Shown here piece after piece: positions 43,040-58,000 of a stretch of 64,000 nucleotides of DNA. The first letter of the stretch is position 1. Each line of letters begins with the position of its first letter. The notes beneath the pieces were generated by a model that saw nothing but the letters and a program-made list of their open reading frames with translations, made no database searches and was not told the origin of the DNA. The stretch spans positions 1 to 64,000 of the forward strand of contig JAQGDQ010000187.1 of the NCBI GenBank assembly GCA_030141605.1, read 5' to 3'. The translations under genes and the position numbers were made by a program. This DNA is from Tubiluchus corallicola (lineage: Eukaryota > Animalia > Priapulida).

Positions 43040-46000
43040 ATGGCAAAGAAGGGAAAGGCAAAAAAGAAAGCAGCGAAGACTAAGAAAAAAGTTCAAAGCG
43101 ACGATGACGATGAATATTTGTGAGTATAATTATTATGCACCTTTGTCAATGACTTAAAATCTAAATTTTAGATTATAGGGTTTTCTGAAACTTTGCTATG
43201 TGTGTTTTTATGCCTAAACGGTGATGTATTTTATGCCTAAATTCTAATACTGATAATAATTTGATTATTCTACTTTTATTAAAGATTTTAAGCCAAACAT
43301 GTAGTAAAAGCAGTATATCAAGTAGTAGGCATTATTTGTGCTAAAAGTCTTTAAATATCTTTAATGATTTTTTTAAATACTTTAATACTTCAAATATTAC
43401 CAACACCAAAATAGCTCAAGCTCCTCTCCATTGACTTAGGGATCTAGCCAAAGCAGCATTTTGCCAATAAATTAGCAAGCATTTTCTTGTCACTAAGTAA
43501 GAGCAATATGCAGCTGGTGATAGCACTTAACAAGCCTGATTGAATGGTTATGTTACTTACACCATGTGAATGTCAGTAGGTGACAACAGTTTCAAATCTT
43601 TTGAGCATTATATAGGATAATCATTCATTTAGAATCTGATTGTATGTTATTAATCAATATTTGTATGTTATAATGACATTTTATGCAAATCTGAACCTGC
43701 AGCTGTGTTTATTGCTGCAATGAAATGGCTTGTAGTGATACAATGCCAAAAATTTTCCTTCTTTTTCTAATTGGTAAAGCTTGAAGATTTAGGTTTAGTC
43801 TGGGTTTACCTATACAAAACTATGCTTTAGTTATAGCATGTATATCTATTTTTACTTTTAGTCAGCAGAGCAGCTATAGTCGATTTGATGATGAAATCGC
43901 ACAGATGACTAGCAATAATATATTTGGGGAGGAGAATGAAGTGCAAGAGGAGCTGAAACAATCACTGCTGAAAGAGTTAAATCAATCCATTAGTAATAAA
44001 CCACCATCACCTATTGTACAGCAGAAATCAAAGAAAATGCAGCCAGTAGTAATACAACAAAAAGTGGTGGCTGCTGGTAAGATACAGATGATGAGGCAAA
44101 GACAGTTTTCATAATTGCATGTAGCTCTGTTATCATATGTGTTATTTAATGAGCAGGTGCATATGTACACTGCATGTAGTTGCCATCTTTAAAAACCAAA
44201 ATGCCAGAAAAAATAGCTGGAAAATAATCCTAGAAAAAGTGGTCTCGGGTGATTGACCATCCATCACCGCGTTTTTTGTATTTTAAGATTCTTTGACTAG
44301 ACTGTAACACGATATCCATATTTATTATATGTCTTTATGTATATTTTTAATAGTGTACCTATATTGTTGTGCATAAGCATGTTAACTCATTAAGAAAGCA
44401 AATTGTTTTTAAAACATTTTAATTTGGAAATGTTTTTGCACTGAAAAAGAGCTCTCATCAGTTTATTGGTATTAAATCTACACAGAGTTGTAACTACTTT
44501 CATGTATTTTTTTAGATATAAAGTTGACAAGTAAAGAGCTATTTATAGCCTTTAATAATTTTAAAAGAATGCCTTTAGAGAAAACACAGGTAAGTTTACT
44601 TGCACCAAAGAAAAATTGGTACTGGATCAATTTATTTTGAAGAGTGTAGGATTTAGTTTATTACAATCAAGACTTGTTCTGGTAAATTTTAATAGTCCTA
44701 TAACGATTATTGTAGATATTGTTGTATCTGCATATTGCTTATTAGCACATCAAGGCTTGACTATAGTCAAAATTTAAATCATGTTTGGGTAAAATTATGT
44801 TTACATATGTGCCTGTCAATGTATAAGAAGCATGGGAATCAGATATCTTGCTGTTTGTGACATACCGTTCTAAGAGTCATTCGTCTAAGTAGTAACCTAA
44901 CATGAATTTTATTCACTGTTTTAGAGTGTTATAAAGACCAAAGTTGACTATAACAACTTAGTCGATCTGGATCTTAGTGGCGTTCAGCAGTTAACCAACC
45001 TTTTCTTCTTAATACTTGGTCGTAGCGGAGCATCCGGTGTAAAACAGCTTGCCCGTGTTAATTGTACAGGCTGTGTTCATTTAACAGATATATGTATGAA
45101 ATGGTTATCATCATTTGCAAAATTAGAAGAGGCAAGTTAATGATTATTATATTTATCGATGAATTTTGTGCACACTACATTCACTGCAGTTAGTTTTTAG
45201 AAGCGATGAGGCGTGGCTTCTCTTATATACATTTAAAAAGTTTATTCTGCTCATATTGAATTGTACATCTATTTTTAACAATATTTGACATTTGTGTATC
45301 TTCTTAATATGTTGTTTTTTTCCATATGTGCACATGCACACCCATAAATAAAAGCTGTTCATTTCATTTTGATTTCATGCCATACCACTTTTACATAAAA
45401 TATAGGATATAGTTTTATTATTGCTAAACATAAATAAAATATCAGCTTTTTTAATAGTCTAACGTATCTTGTTTCAGCATAGGTCTGCAATGATATGTCG
45501 AGGCATCATAATATTTTTTGTTACAATACATGTATCCTCAAAGCACACTAGTATTGCGATAACCTGAGTCATTGATATATAGGACATGCTTGACTGTCCG
45601 CTGATAAAAACGGTGTGAAATAATTCTAGCTGCAGTTTAGAGTGTACTGTAGCTATGTAACAATCAGTGCAGTGGCAGCTGCGTAGCATTAGCAGGCCAC
45701 ACAGACAGACCTGCTGCTAGCAACCAAAGTGGTTGAAAGTGCAATGTATTTATAATAATTTATAGTAGGTCAATTACGTTTTTTTATTCTGAAGTGGAAA
45801 GCAACACATGTGAACTAGAAAATGCACTAACATATTTTAAATTAAAAGTTTGAAATGCTTTGCTTTTCTAATGACTTACAATATGATTAGTAAACAAAAA
45901 TCAAAAGTTTGCTGAATTAATTTAGCATTTGGCAATATTAACTTTTCTTCATAGATAAATGTAATCTACTTAGCTTTTATTATACATGTATATATATATA

Positions 46001-49000
46001 TATATATATGTACATGTAAAATAAAAGCTAAGTAGATTAGATATACATATACAATATACAATATATATATATATACATACAATATACATATAGAATATAC
46101 ATATATATATATATATATATATACATGCATGTATGTCAACAGCTTACTCTAGTTTTTTTCTAAAGCATGCAAACATATACATATACAATATATATATACG
46201 TACAATATACATATAGAATATACACATATATATATATATATACATATATGTATGTCAACAGCTTACTCTAGTTTTTTTCTAAAGCATGCAAACATCGTGA
46301 CAGTCCTACCATAGCATCATAAAGTTTTTGCTACCCTTAACTTCAAAAACTTACGGCTAGATTCTAAAGCCTTGTGGAATATGGCCTGACGTGTGAAAAA
46401 CCATTGCTTGTAGTGTAGGTATCACCTTTACCGTCTAGTGGTAATAGTGCATCAGATCCATTCAGAATTGCTTCAATATTATCTAAACAAAGTGAATTGT
46501 GTTGATTAGATTAATAATGTTAGTTGTAATTTTTAAAAATTACTAGGCCTCTTGGTGTTCTCATTGTCTTGAGTAAAACTCCAATCTCCAGTTTGATTGA
46601 AGATTGAATGTTCGTTTTCAATAACCAGCTTTTAATAAATTGTAATGTGCCTTGAATGGTGATGATGAAATAAGTCTTTTAATGTAATTATTGATGGCTG
46701 AGCTACTGCTTCTTTATTGTTTAGGTAATATTTGATGGCTGCAATCAGTTGAGTGAAAGAAGTTTAGTGTCATTGTTCGAGTCATGTGAACAGCTAGAAA
46801 AAATATCGATGGCGGGGACATCTGTTAGCTTTGTTCCAGAACCAAAGAATTTATATGTTCATCTTAATCTAACTGGCTGTCCTCTCATTACACCACCTGC
46901 TAATTACATAGCTAATAAGCCATTGGGAAAGTATTATAAAGGTAAAACAAAATTTCAGTTTTAAATTAACTCTAATCTTAATGAATATTGATTTAGTAAG
47001 TTGTTATTGTAAACAGTCAGTGTGTATATTTAATCACTTGTGCTTTCTACATTACAAGATTGCAAGAGAGTAAACTGCATTTGAGAAATATTAATGTTTC
47101 TGACAACAGAAGGGTAATTATGGGGTTTATGATAACAACACAATTAGAGGTTACTGGTTACCTTTTTCAGCCAAGGTCAGCTTGCATCAACCTAACCTGT
47201 TTAAAAATGAATTTAGTAGTTAGTTTCTAAATTTTTACCAGGCACAGAACATAGGGACAAAGTTTATATGTATAAAGTGATCATAATTGGCAGTACTCCT
47301 TCATCACATAATTATATCGATGCTATTGTGAATGGAAAAAGATCTACCATGTCCACCAAGCCTGTCTTCATCCACAAAGGCTGGAAACCTAAACAGGGCG
47401 CTAACTCTTACAACATTTTCCAGTGCACTTGGGTAAGTACAATAACATGTTGTCAGAATTGTTAAAGTCGTTTCCTAATAATCCTATACTAATAAACAGT
47501 TTGTCTAGTAACTAATTATGTAAGTAGAATATTTCTAGTATAAGTTTTCTATGTTGATTTTCTGTCATTATTGCATGTCATATAAAACGTTACCATATGT
47601 GTGAATGTGGTACCACCCTGAATTGCTTTAATCTGTGAAACAGCTGTGCTCTAGTAGGTATAACTTCTGTTGTAATCTCTTTCTTGATTGCTTTTCTCTT
47701 AAATGTGCAAGTGCATACTTTTTAATGTTATAAAAATTTATTAATAAATATTCAGGACATTTCTAATATTTTGATTGAACTAATTTGATTGAATACTTTT
47801 ATTTCAGAACAAAGTCCATATTATCATGCAATACAAATCATAAATAACAATCAAACATTAACAAGTCATATGGATTTATTTCATACAGATAATTAAAATT
47901 ACTAATTTTTTCAGTAACACACAAAAATTACAGCGAAGAACTGAGAGAATAAACCCCAGTACCCTTTACTGGTGTAGCTCAGGACTCTGTAACTTTGCCA
48001 TTTTTAACATTGCAAAAAACAAGGTTTTTTGAGATTTAAGAAAGATCCAGTGCTTTTTGTGTCCATTTCCATAGTTAAGGAATGCTAATTGTAGGCTTAT
48101 GTACTTAAAAAAGTTGTATTTATTTCAGAAAAAGCCAAATGTTACATTTAATATACAGTGTTGTTTTACTTGTAGGAACTTGTGCCACTATTCATTAGCA
48201 ATAGAAGCATTGTTGTGCTAATAGCAGATGAAAGTGAATCTGGTCAAAACAACAATGCGAACATTGCTATTAAGATAGCTTCAATACTCAGCCAGGTAAT
48301 GACTACCATTAATAATTCTAAGTTCATTGGCTACAGTAATCATTCAAGACTGGTTTAATCTGCATTTCTGTTTGTTTGCAGTTTTTCGGGAAAAACTGAA
48401 AAAATGAACAGGTAGATAGATAGCAAGAAAAAGTAATAGTCTGATGTAGTATAAATTGTCATTGTAGCATAACATTCTGATTTTTATAAGAATCGACTAG
48501 CATATTTTTATATATGACGCCCTACTGAATGCCAATGGTTATTGCTGGACTATGTAAAATTTTTCAGTGATTGTTCAATGTCTCTGGTTTTCAATTTAAC
48601 TTATTATTATTAATTTTATTAATTAATAATTATTAATTTTACAATAGGTTAGCAAATTAGCTAATGGGAATAGTCATGCAATGACAGTGTTTGTAAATGA
48701 TGGTAAACAACATTGGATCTGATTAGCAAATGGATGACTGCCCTTTTAAAAAATTGCTTCTGCATGATTTTATTTATTCCGACTATTTGTTTTGCTGAGG
48801 GAGGGTATATAGACACATCCACTGTGGATAAGACTTTTCTGCGTGTTAAGTATTTCAGTATTAAAGCATCAGTTGTGATAAATGGCCAGATTCTGGTTCT
48901 GTCACAACCATGAACATAATTTTGACGGTTATCCAGCCCATTGTCTTGTGCTAGATACTGGTCTGGAATGTGCTGAATGTATAGAAAAATCTTTGAAATT

Positions 49001-52000
49001 TTTTATTTTGTCAAAGAGATATAGAGCTTATTGAGAAATGCTTTTTTTCAGTTTCCAAATGTAGTATTTATCTTATCTGGTGTTCAAGTTGATGCAATAG
49101 AGAAGATGTTGCAACAGCTGCGCAACAACTGTAATGTGGATGAAAATACCGCAATGAAGTGTGTAATCATCTGTGTTATCAACTTATTTTTTAATACCAT
49201 GTCTTCGTGGTACCAAATAATCAGATTGATTATTAGTTTTATTAATATCGTTTTAATCACAAAGTGGCATTGACAACAGTAAAAGAATGTGTAGTGTGTA
49301 TATGTGTTCTAATACTATAAGGATATCTCTGTAAAAACTCGATAATACCAGTCTTGTTGGTTTGATTTTTAGTCATGTGTCGTAATCTCTTATTATGTAT
49401 GACCTTAAAATTGTAGAATTATATTGCGGGGTGTTACTGCTGCTAATCTACGGTTTTGTGTCAAGTAATGAAAATGATTGTGATTTATTTTCTACACATT
49501 TTATTTGTAATAAAGCTTTTAAGGTGGAAATTAGCATTTATGTGTAGATAAATGTAGAAAAGACATTGAATTTCTAAAAGTAATAACTTATCAAAATTTT
49601 TATGAACAAATGCTTATTGTGCACTGCTGAGAGAATTTATTTTTTCAGTAATTTGGAAAGACTAAGTTTCACGGACCAGATTCAAATGGGAAGGCTTGTT
49701 CATTTCACAACAAAAGTGTTGCACAAAAGCTTCTTTTCAAGTCGCCTTGTTGCATCTGGAATAGATTCATTTGAGGTAAATAACATTGTCACCTGCAACT
49801 TGTTCAAAAATACCACTCGTGTTTTTATTCAGCATAAAAAACATTTTATGAAATTTTATATTTCCTATACAGTGCTTCTTGTTATACAAATCTAATGCTT
49901 TTTTGTGTCATTTTTTTGTCACTGTAAAATAATTGTGACGTGTTTGTTTTTTACAAAAAAGTGTCTGATGAGTTAATTTGCTTATTTTCTATGGCTTAGT
50001 TAATTAAAATATATTAACATGTGTTGGAAGTTGGAAGTGTGTGGTAATATTTGTTTATTTTATTTAGAGTGGAGCAGATGTACAGAAAGTTTTTGAGGAA
50101 GCAGCTACTAAACTGTCAACCATTTGTCCAGAATTTGTTGCTTTAGACAAGGATTTTATGAAGGTAGCTACACAAAAATTACCTGGTAATCAGGTACTGA
50201 CTGTAGCAAGTCTAGATGAAGCTCTTGGGAAACCATTCTTATCGAGACCATTGACTTTTCAGAAAGCTATAGAGGCCATGCAAAATATGGTAATAATTCT
50301 TTATAAATATAAGTACCTTACATTAATATTTGTGACTTTCTAGGTGAAGGATTAAAAACATTTCTATGCTGTGTAAAGCAGAAGTTTTTTGCATTTTTAA
50401 TTTTTAAGAATGAACTCACTTTTAAAGTAATTACTTCTTGCTACATGTAAAGTGAATATCAACTTTTTCCTTTGTAATTGCATTTGCACATTTATAAGAT
50501 TTTGTCCAACTTAAATATAGACATTTTTGTGAACACCATGTTGTATGTGAATTTTTGTTTGTTTAGGGTGTGCTAATGTACATTCCATCACTCACTCAAA
50601 AAGTAGTTATAACTGACTTGAAATGGGCAGAAAAGACATTTAACAGTTTGTTCACCAAACCTGACAAACTCCATAAGCAAAGTATTTCTTTCATAGTGCC
50701 GGAAACACCAGTTTACACGAAAGATGAAATGAGACAGTTATTAAAAGATACTGAGTCAGAAGAAAAAGTAATTTTCATTTTTTTTAATATTTTGTGATGA
50801 ACTGGTAGTAATGAGCTGATTTCTAATGAAATAGATTAGTTGAAAAGTTTTTGAGTTGTAAGATTGATTGTGAAATATTATTCATTTTGAAACCTTTTTT
50901 TATTCAAGTATAAGAAACAGGCAAGTAAACTGTTAAACATCATGAATTATATTTTATAAAGCGAGACTTTTAGACTGTTCAGTTACCTTTGTGCAATAGT
51001 TTAAGTTTGCCTGCAGTTAGAGGCCACATTTTCATACATATGTAAAATACACCCAGTTATACTTCTCTAATAGGAAAAAAATCTTGGCTCTTGTTAGAAG
51101 CATTTTGGTTTTTAATAGATCAGATTTAATACTCATTATTTACATTTACATTTCAGCTTGATATGCTACTAGAGGCACTTCAAGAATTTGGTCTTATTAT
51201 TAGGATACCTCCTGAAACCTCACCATCAAAGTCTTTGTATATTATGTCATCTCACTTGCTTGCTGATGTTCCTGTAGCATTGGTAAGTTCTATTATAGCA
51301 AAGTTTTGTCAGATGTCTGACAGCGCAAATCATTTGGTTGGTGACTGCACTAAGGTGATCACCCTGTGAAAGTGACTTTGTTTGACATTCTCGGGTTTGC
51401 AGGTTGGGGAATTGTACCAGGTAGAGCTTGTAGGTGAATTGCTTCAGACTTGCAGTGGTTCAGCAATGCGGCGCACCTAGTTAGCAACTTATAAAATTTT
51501 CATACTTTGTAGTCTGGAAATGATGCAAAAAAACTGAAAAATTTTTAGAGTTCTGTATTGATGGTTAACTTTTTTATGTATGATACAATAAAAAATGACT
51601 ATATTCAATTGCAATTTAGTGATAAGACATGTTAATATGATAATATGAGAGTTTAATACTACAAATAAACAAAAATTTTATGCTTTGGAACTATATTTTG
51701 AGATTTCGATGGGAGCTTTCAACTCCACAATTTTTTGGGGGGGGGGTAGAATGTAACTATACATTTTATGGCAATGCATGTGTAATCAGAATCACTCTGA
51801 ATCATCAGCTTTTTTGCAAAATTTGATGAACAACGGCTGACTGAGCTAAATATATAGAAAATATACAAATATTGTTGAAGAAATCAAACAAGTTTAATAT
51901 CAAATGCATTTTATAAACGTACTTAAAAAACTAAAAAAATCATACCTAATAATTTTAATTGTGCTGGGAAGTTAACTAGGCAAACATTTATTTAGATTTA

Positions 52001-55000
52001 GCTGATTTTCCTGCATTTGAATTGTTTTTAGTTTGGAAAAAACGAGTTCAGTTGCAAAATGTTTCCTGACAATGTCCAAGCACATTTGGCTTCATGCCGG
52101 CAGGCCTAATTTCCTGATTCATCTGGGGCAAATCCCAACACATAATTATTACATTTAATTTAGAGACAAAAACAACTCAACAAATTGAATCAAACTAAAC
52201 CTGTGTTTGCACTGGGAACCAGAAAATCACTTCCTTGTCATTTTGATTAGGCAAATATTAATTTCCTCTTCATAATAGAATAACTGCTTCGGTAGTTTCT
52301 TTCCATAGTTTATTGTTGCTAGTATAATTAATGCTAATGTGCTGTTCTAAACTGTATTAGATGCCATGTAGATTTCCAAGAAATTTTACATACTTTGCAT
52401 GTAATTGGCTAATTGTATGGCTAATTTAATACTTGTAAATAATCTAACAGCAGAAAGTAAATAATTGTCACACACTTAGCAGAATTTATATCTGCAGACA
52501 TAATGTAATCATCTGAAACAACAAACAATTGTAAATACTGTGTTTTCATATTTTTGTAGAAACACTACTGGACGCCTAAGACACAAATGTATGATCAAGA
52601 AATGGGATACGCATTTTCCTTTTACTATCAGCAGAGTGTAGGATTAATACCAATACTGCTGAATGAGCTAGCAAACACCTGTAGCTTGGCAGTACTTTGG
52701 AATGCAGGCTTTATTTTGCAGCAGCGTGGAATGGAAGCACTGATTCAACTTAGCAGTCAGAATTCAGCTAAAGGTAAGTTGTCCTGGGTCTTTGTTAAAA
52801 CACTCTGAGCAACATTACATTTAACTTTAAGTTACTTCTTTGTATTCCTCTTTGAAGACTACAATGTGAAATTGTTATTACGACAAAGTATCGCTATCTA
52901 CGTCTCGAGGCCTTCACAAATTTATGTAATATGTTTTTTGCCTTATAGTTCAGTTATCACTACTATCTTCCTTGTTTGTAAAATTAAGACTTAATTTTTA
53001 CCTTGGTTAATCTGTAGTTAATTAATTGTTGAATACATGCAGCACCTGCTAAACTGGAACTGTTCGTTCGAGCAATGCGTCCACCAGATGACATGGACAC
53101 TGTTATGGTTGAAACTGGTCCAAAGCAATGCATGGAATTTATGTTAGGCCTGTGCTCATTAATAACTCAGTACTTGTGTAATAGAGCCGGTATTGGGTAT
53201 CAGGTATTCAAGTGTGGCCTAGAAATTATTTTTTGCTTGAAGTGGACCGTTTAATATTTTCAGCACAGGAACTGTTTAATGTCACTGATGAATTTTTTGT
53301 GTATTTTTATGTAACTTGCAGTTAGAGTATGTGATTCCTTATCTACAGTATGTAGAATATGCACATTGTTTTACTGAAAAATCACCAGGTTTGTGTGCTG
53401 TGTTTTAGCACTTACAGACTGCTGTTTATATGAGAATTTTGGCACTTTTTTCATTCGCTTTCAAGGTAGCAAATGCTCCTAGTGATGCAAACTTTGCCAA
53501 TGTTTAGATTGAAGGTATTTACTCTGAAGATCAGTGCCCGAAGACGAAAGCAGCTCATGTGGTAAAGATGTGGGAGACACCTTTAGATATGATGGAAGGC
53601 AAAAAGTGCTCAAACTGCCAAGCTACAATTAAGCGAGAGCTATTACTTTTGCATGGTATGTGAAGAGTATGCAATTCAGGATTTTAAATTTGAATCTTTG
53701 CACTTACAACTGTATTTAAGGGAAAGATAATATAAATTTGCCGAGGCAAGCTGTACAATACCAGTATGCACATGCAATTGGACAGATATGAAATGATAGA
53801 TCATGTTATTAATTCTCTGTGTTTGCAACTGTCGGAAGAAAAAAACGAATGCAAATTGTACAATATTTACTAAACAAATAAGGTGGACATGAAAAATGTA
53901 AATAATAATTTTTTGTGTTAGTTAGAATAATTGCTATGATTGGCTAAACTATTGCTTAGTGTAAGAAATGTGTAGCAACTTATGGAATTGTGGTATTTAT
54001 ATTAATTACTTGTCACTTCTTTTTTCTTTCAGAACTGCTTCCAATGAAGCACGTTAATCGTATTCAGTCTGGAACATGTACACTGTGTGCACGAAGATAC
54101 AGAAAAGAACCATCTTGCAACACTTGCGCCTTATGCTCAGTTTGTCAGGATTTCATTTTGGTTAGAATTTTTTTAACCTAACTGCTACTCATAAAGTATG
54201 GATTACTTAATTAGTTGTAATTTTAATTTCATGAAAATAAATATTAATTCAATAAAGGCATAATTGTGAAATTTTTGAAACCAAATTTGATCAAAAGCAT
54301 AGAATGTGTAACAGTCAGGTAGAGCTTGAATTTAAAATACGAATCTTTGATTAGGTGTATTTTTTGTATGTAGGTTTGAATTTGCAAGTTTCACATCAAG
54401 AGTGTTTCACTCTAACAAGAATTTTTTATGAAATTTTACTCTTGTTTCATTCTGAAAATGAGTTTAGAAGGCTCTCTTTTATCTTCTATTTTACCAAGGT
54501 TTTTCCCAGTTTAGAGCAAGCATGGCAATGGGTGAACTAATAATTGTTGTACAATGACAAATGTTTGGATATTTCTAAAACCCAAGTATGCAGATCACTC
54601 ATCATATAGGAAAAATATTATAAATTTTAGTAATAGTTTATTATTTTAATCATTGATATCCAAGTTATCATAAGAAGACAGTAAGGGTATTGTTTGCATT
54701 TGTAACTTCTTTGATGCCTCTTTTGGTTGTTGTTTTTTCAAAAATGACCTACTAACAAATTACTGTAGATTATATACTACATTATATACTGTAGATTATT
54801 TAAGTACTACTTCTTATATTCCAACTTTGGCCCATATTAAGGATAAAAAAGTTTCAATAGTATTTTATTTTTAAGAAGTATTTACGTTATAAATGTGTGA
54901 TTATAATTATGAAGTTGTTTATAATAATTTGCCTTCATGATTTGGCATTTTCAGACCAGATGTATAGCTGTTTCCCCATCATTTTTTCCCTCTTACTTGC

Positions 55001-58000
55001 TGACACATTCAACTGATGAGCAGATGCAGGAAGCAGTAAAACAGGCAGGCAGTTATGTGACTGTAACACCTTTGAATGAAGACATTGTAACTCTTCATTA
55101 TGAGCTGAAAGTTGGAGATTCATTTTTTATAAGCTTTTTGAAAGGGCCCTTTCCTGTAATTGAGGTTGCAATTGCGTAAGTTTTTCATCGTATAAAGTTT
55201 TCTGTATTTTCTTTGCGCATAATTTTATGAAGTAGTTTAATTTTATGCTTATTTTTTTCACAGTTAGCATATTTTTGTGAGTACCATTCCTCTTACACAT
55301 CATGAAGAATGAGATGGTATTTTTGATACAGAAACATTTTTTTATTTAGCCAACTTCTGCTGGTCAGCTATAATTTCGAAGATGGTAAGATTGTACAGAA
55401 GCAGCTTGACTACCCGAATGAGGAAAGTAATGAGGAAGAAATGATTACGGAAACAGATAATACAATAGAAAAGGACACATTCATAAATGGCTGCTGCTTG
55501 CTTTGGAAGATCACACACAAAGTAACATACTGTAAAATTCCTTCAATCAGTTGTCTTTTCAAATGATTAGTATATTAACTTTGACTGAACGATTTATTTT
55601 GTAAATTTGTATGTGTGGTTAATACATATATTTGTACAGTCAAATTAGAGTTGGAAGGACAGGTGCATTGTTAATATTTAGGCATAAAAATCTCTTTTTA
55701 TAGTTGACACAATTTGTACTCTGAGACATTGTCACCAAGTGAAAGCTTTCAGTGCAAATTTACATTTTTTATGTAATACCTAAGAGTAAAGGAGTTGCTT
55801 ATTCATTTTTATTCACGTTTGTTTCAGCTTGTCGATATGGAATCATCTGAGTCGTTGGAAATGAGCAAGCGTTCTGAGTCAACGACCATTGCTTCGGCTG
55901 AATCAAGAGGAAGAGATACAGGGAAGAAATCTCTCCAAGCTTTTTTTGAACTAATGGTAGATGATAATTTGATTTATTCAGTTTCTCTCCCAAAGCTTGA
56001 TGATGGAATGCTGGTTACAGATGCATCAATGAAGTTTTCATTCTCAGCTGATAGTGAGATGGTAGTTGGCTCTTTAGGCTTTCAGGTGTGGCTTTGTTTA
56101 TTTTAAAAGATAAATATATGTTTAATGCTGCCGTGAATATTAAGAATAACTTTTATAATTAAACAATTTGCATAATTTTTCTAAGAAATGAAATAAAATA
56201 TCAGTAAAAACTAACTGCAGAAGTACCACCATCTCACAAGCTTTTTAAGAAAATATTTATTAATTCCGATTCGGAAAGCTTCATTTTTCTGGAATTTCAC
56301 CAGAAAATTGATGGAAGCTGAAACTGTGGAAATCATCATTTCCCAGAAACAACAAATTCTGCATAGCTCAGAAGCAAGACTTTTTTAGCCTAGAACAATT
56401 TTTATTTAGACTATTAAACAGACTATTAGACTATTAGGTCAAACAGTACCTTAACTTGCTGCAGTATATGTGTTAGTCAACCAGACCGTGTGTTTACTGA
56501 TGTTACCGTTACCGCAAGTTTTAATTGATGTTTGTTAGGCTACATGTCAGTTGTTTAGAAAAGCATGGTGAGTTACAAACATATTTTCACTTTGCTAATA
56601 GAGCTGGTCACAACATTGATCATTTAAAATTCTGTATTGTATAGGCAACTCAAAACCGAATTACTGGATTTCAAGAAGGCATGAAATTAGAAGCATTAGA
56701 TAGGAAAAACCCAAGCCTTATTTGTGTTGCTTCTGTTAAGAAGGTGTTCAGCAACGGCAATGTGGAAATCTACTTTGATGGCTGGTCAGAATCGTAAGTT
56801 GTTCAATTAAGTTTTTTGATAGCATATAAGAATATTCGAGTTAACTATATTTGCTTTTAGTGTTTAGTGATAATTCTCAGTATGTGATACAATATTAGAG
56901 GTTTTTGGCTAACATTAGCAGTTTTGCACACCATTGGTAGTAACAGACTGTAAGTGATGCATTATCCTAGAGCATTACATTTTTGTGTAACGTACCCTGT
57001 CATGTGCTATTTCTGGGAAGCAGTAAAAAAGAACTGTACTTTTTATAGTGTTTTTATCACTCAACAATGTTTTCTTTCTTGGTTTAAAGTTTGTTGCCTG
57101 TCATAAGCCTGCTGTTTGATTATATGCCAAACTGTCAGTATTGCATGCGTTTAACTACCGAACATGCAATTGCTAGGTTATTTGTTTTCCTTGGAAATGG
57201 CCACAGATAACACAGCAAGCTTTAAACTTTAAACTTACTAATTGCTTCTGCAGATTTTAAAAATATTCTAATTTTGTCAAAAATTACAATTGTGCAAAGC
57301 CTGCATGGCTGCTTTTGCAGCCTAATTAATGTGTGTGCTAAAACCAAAACAAAAATAATTTTTCAAAAAATATTTTTGCTATGTTTTTGTTTTTACAAAA
57401 TGCAGAAAAGTTACATTTCAACAAATGATTTTTTTTACAGTTTCTGAACGCTCAACTTTTTCAAACAAGCTCATATCATGACCACTCAACTATATCTTAC
57501 CCTCAACAACGAATTTGTTGAAAAAAATTGCCAATTCAGTTTTGATTGTATTATTAAATGAGCTGAAAATGCCAGTAGGGTCTAACTGTATTATAGTCAC
57601 TATTGCGTAAAAAGATAGAGAACACCTCTCCTTCCCCACTCCTTCCTTGACTAACGTGGTAGACTATTTGGTGACAATAAGAAGAACAGAATAAAATGAA
57701 ACTGAAAAACTACATAAAATTTGTCAAAGAAAAGTACGAGATAAACATACTAAACGTGTTTGGATATTAATCACGTTGAGCATCTATCGTGGTGGAGAGG
57801 TTAAGAGGTGATATGTATACTATATTTGTGGCTTAGTTTGATAGTTATTCTCTTAAACTATCTATGTTTACAACTTGGAGCTGAATGTTTATTTCTCTTG
57901 GTATGATCTAGCATTAAATGTTTGTTTCTGTCGGTATGTTCCATATAAGAATACCTCTGGGAAATCATTAATTTTTAAAGATTTATGCTGGTTTTATCTG

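Noticed and set aside
53523-53550. CTGAAGA...CGAAA as a hammerhead ribozyme core
   Set aside because: Stem II does not pair properly and the sequence is inside a coding exon.
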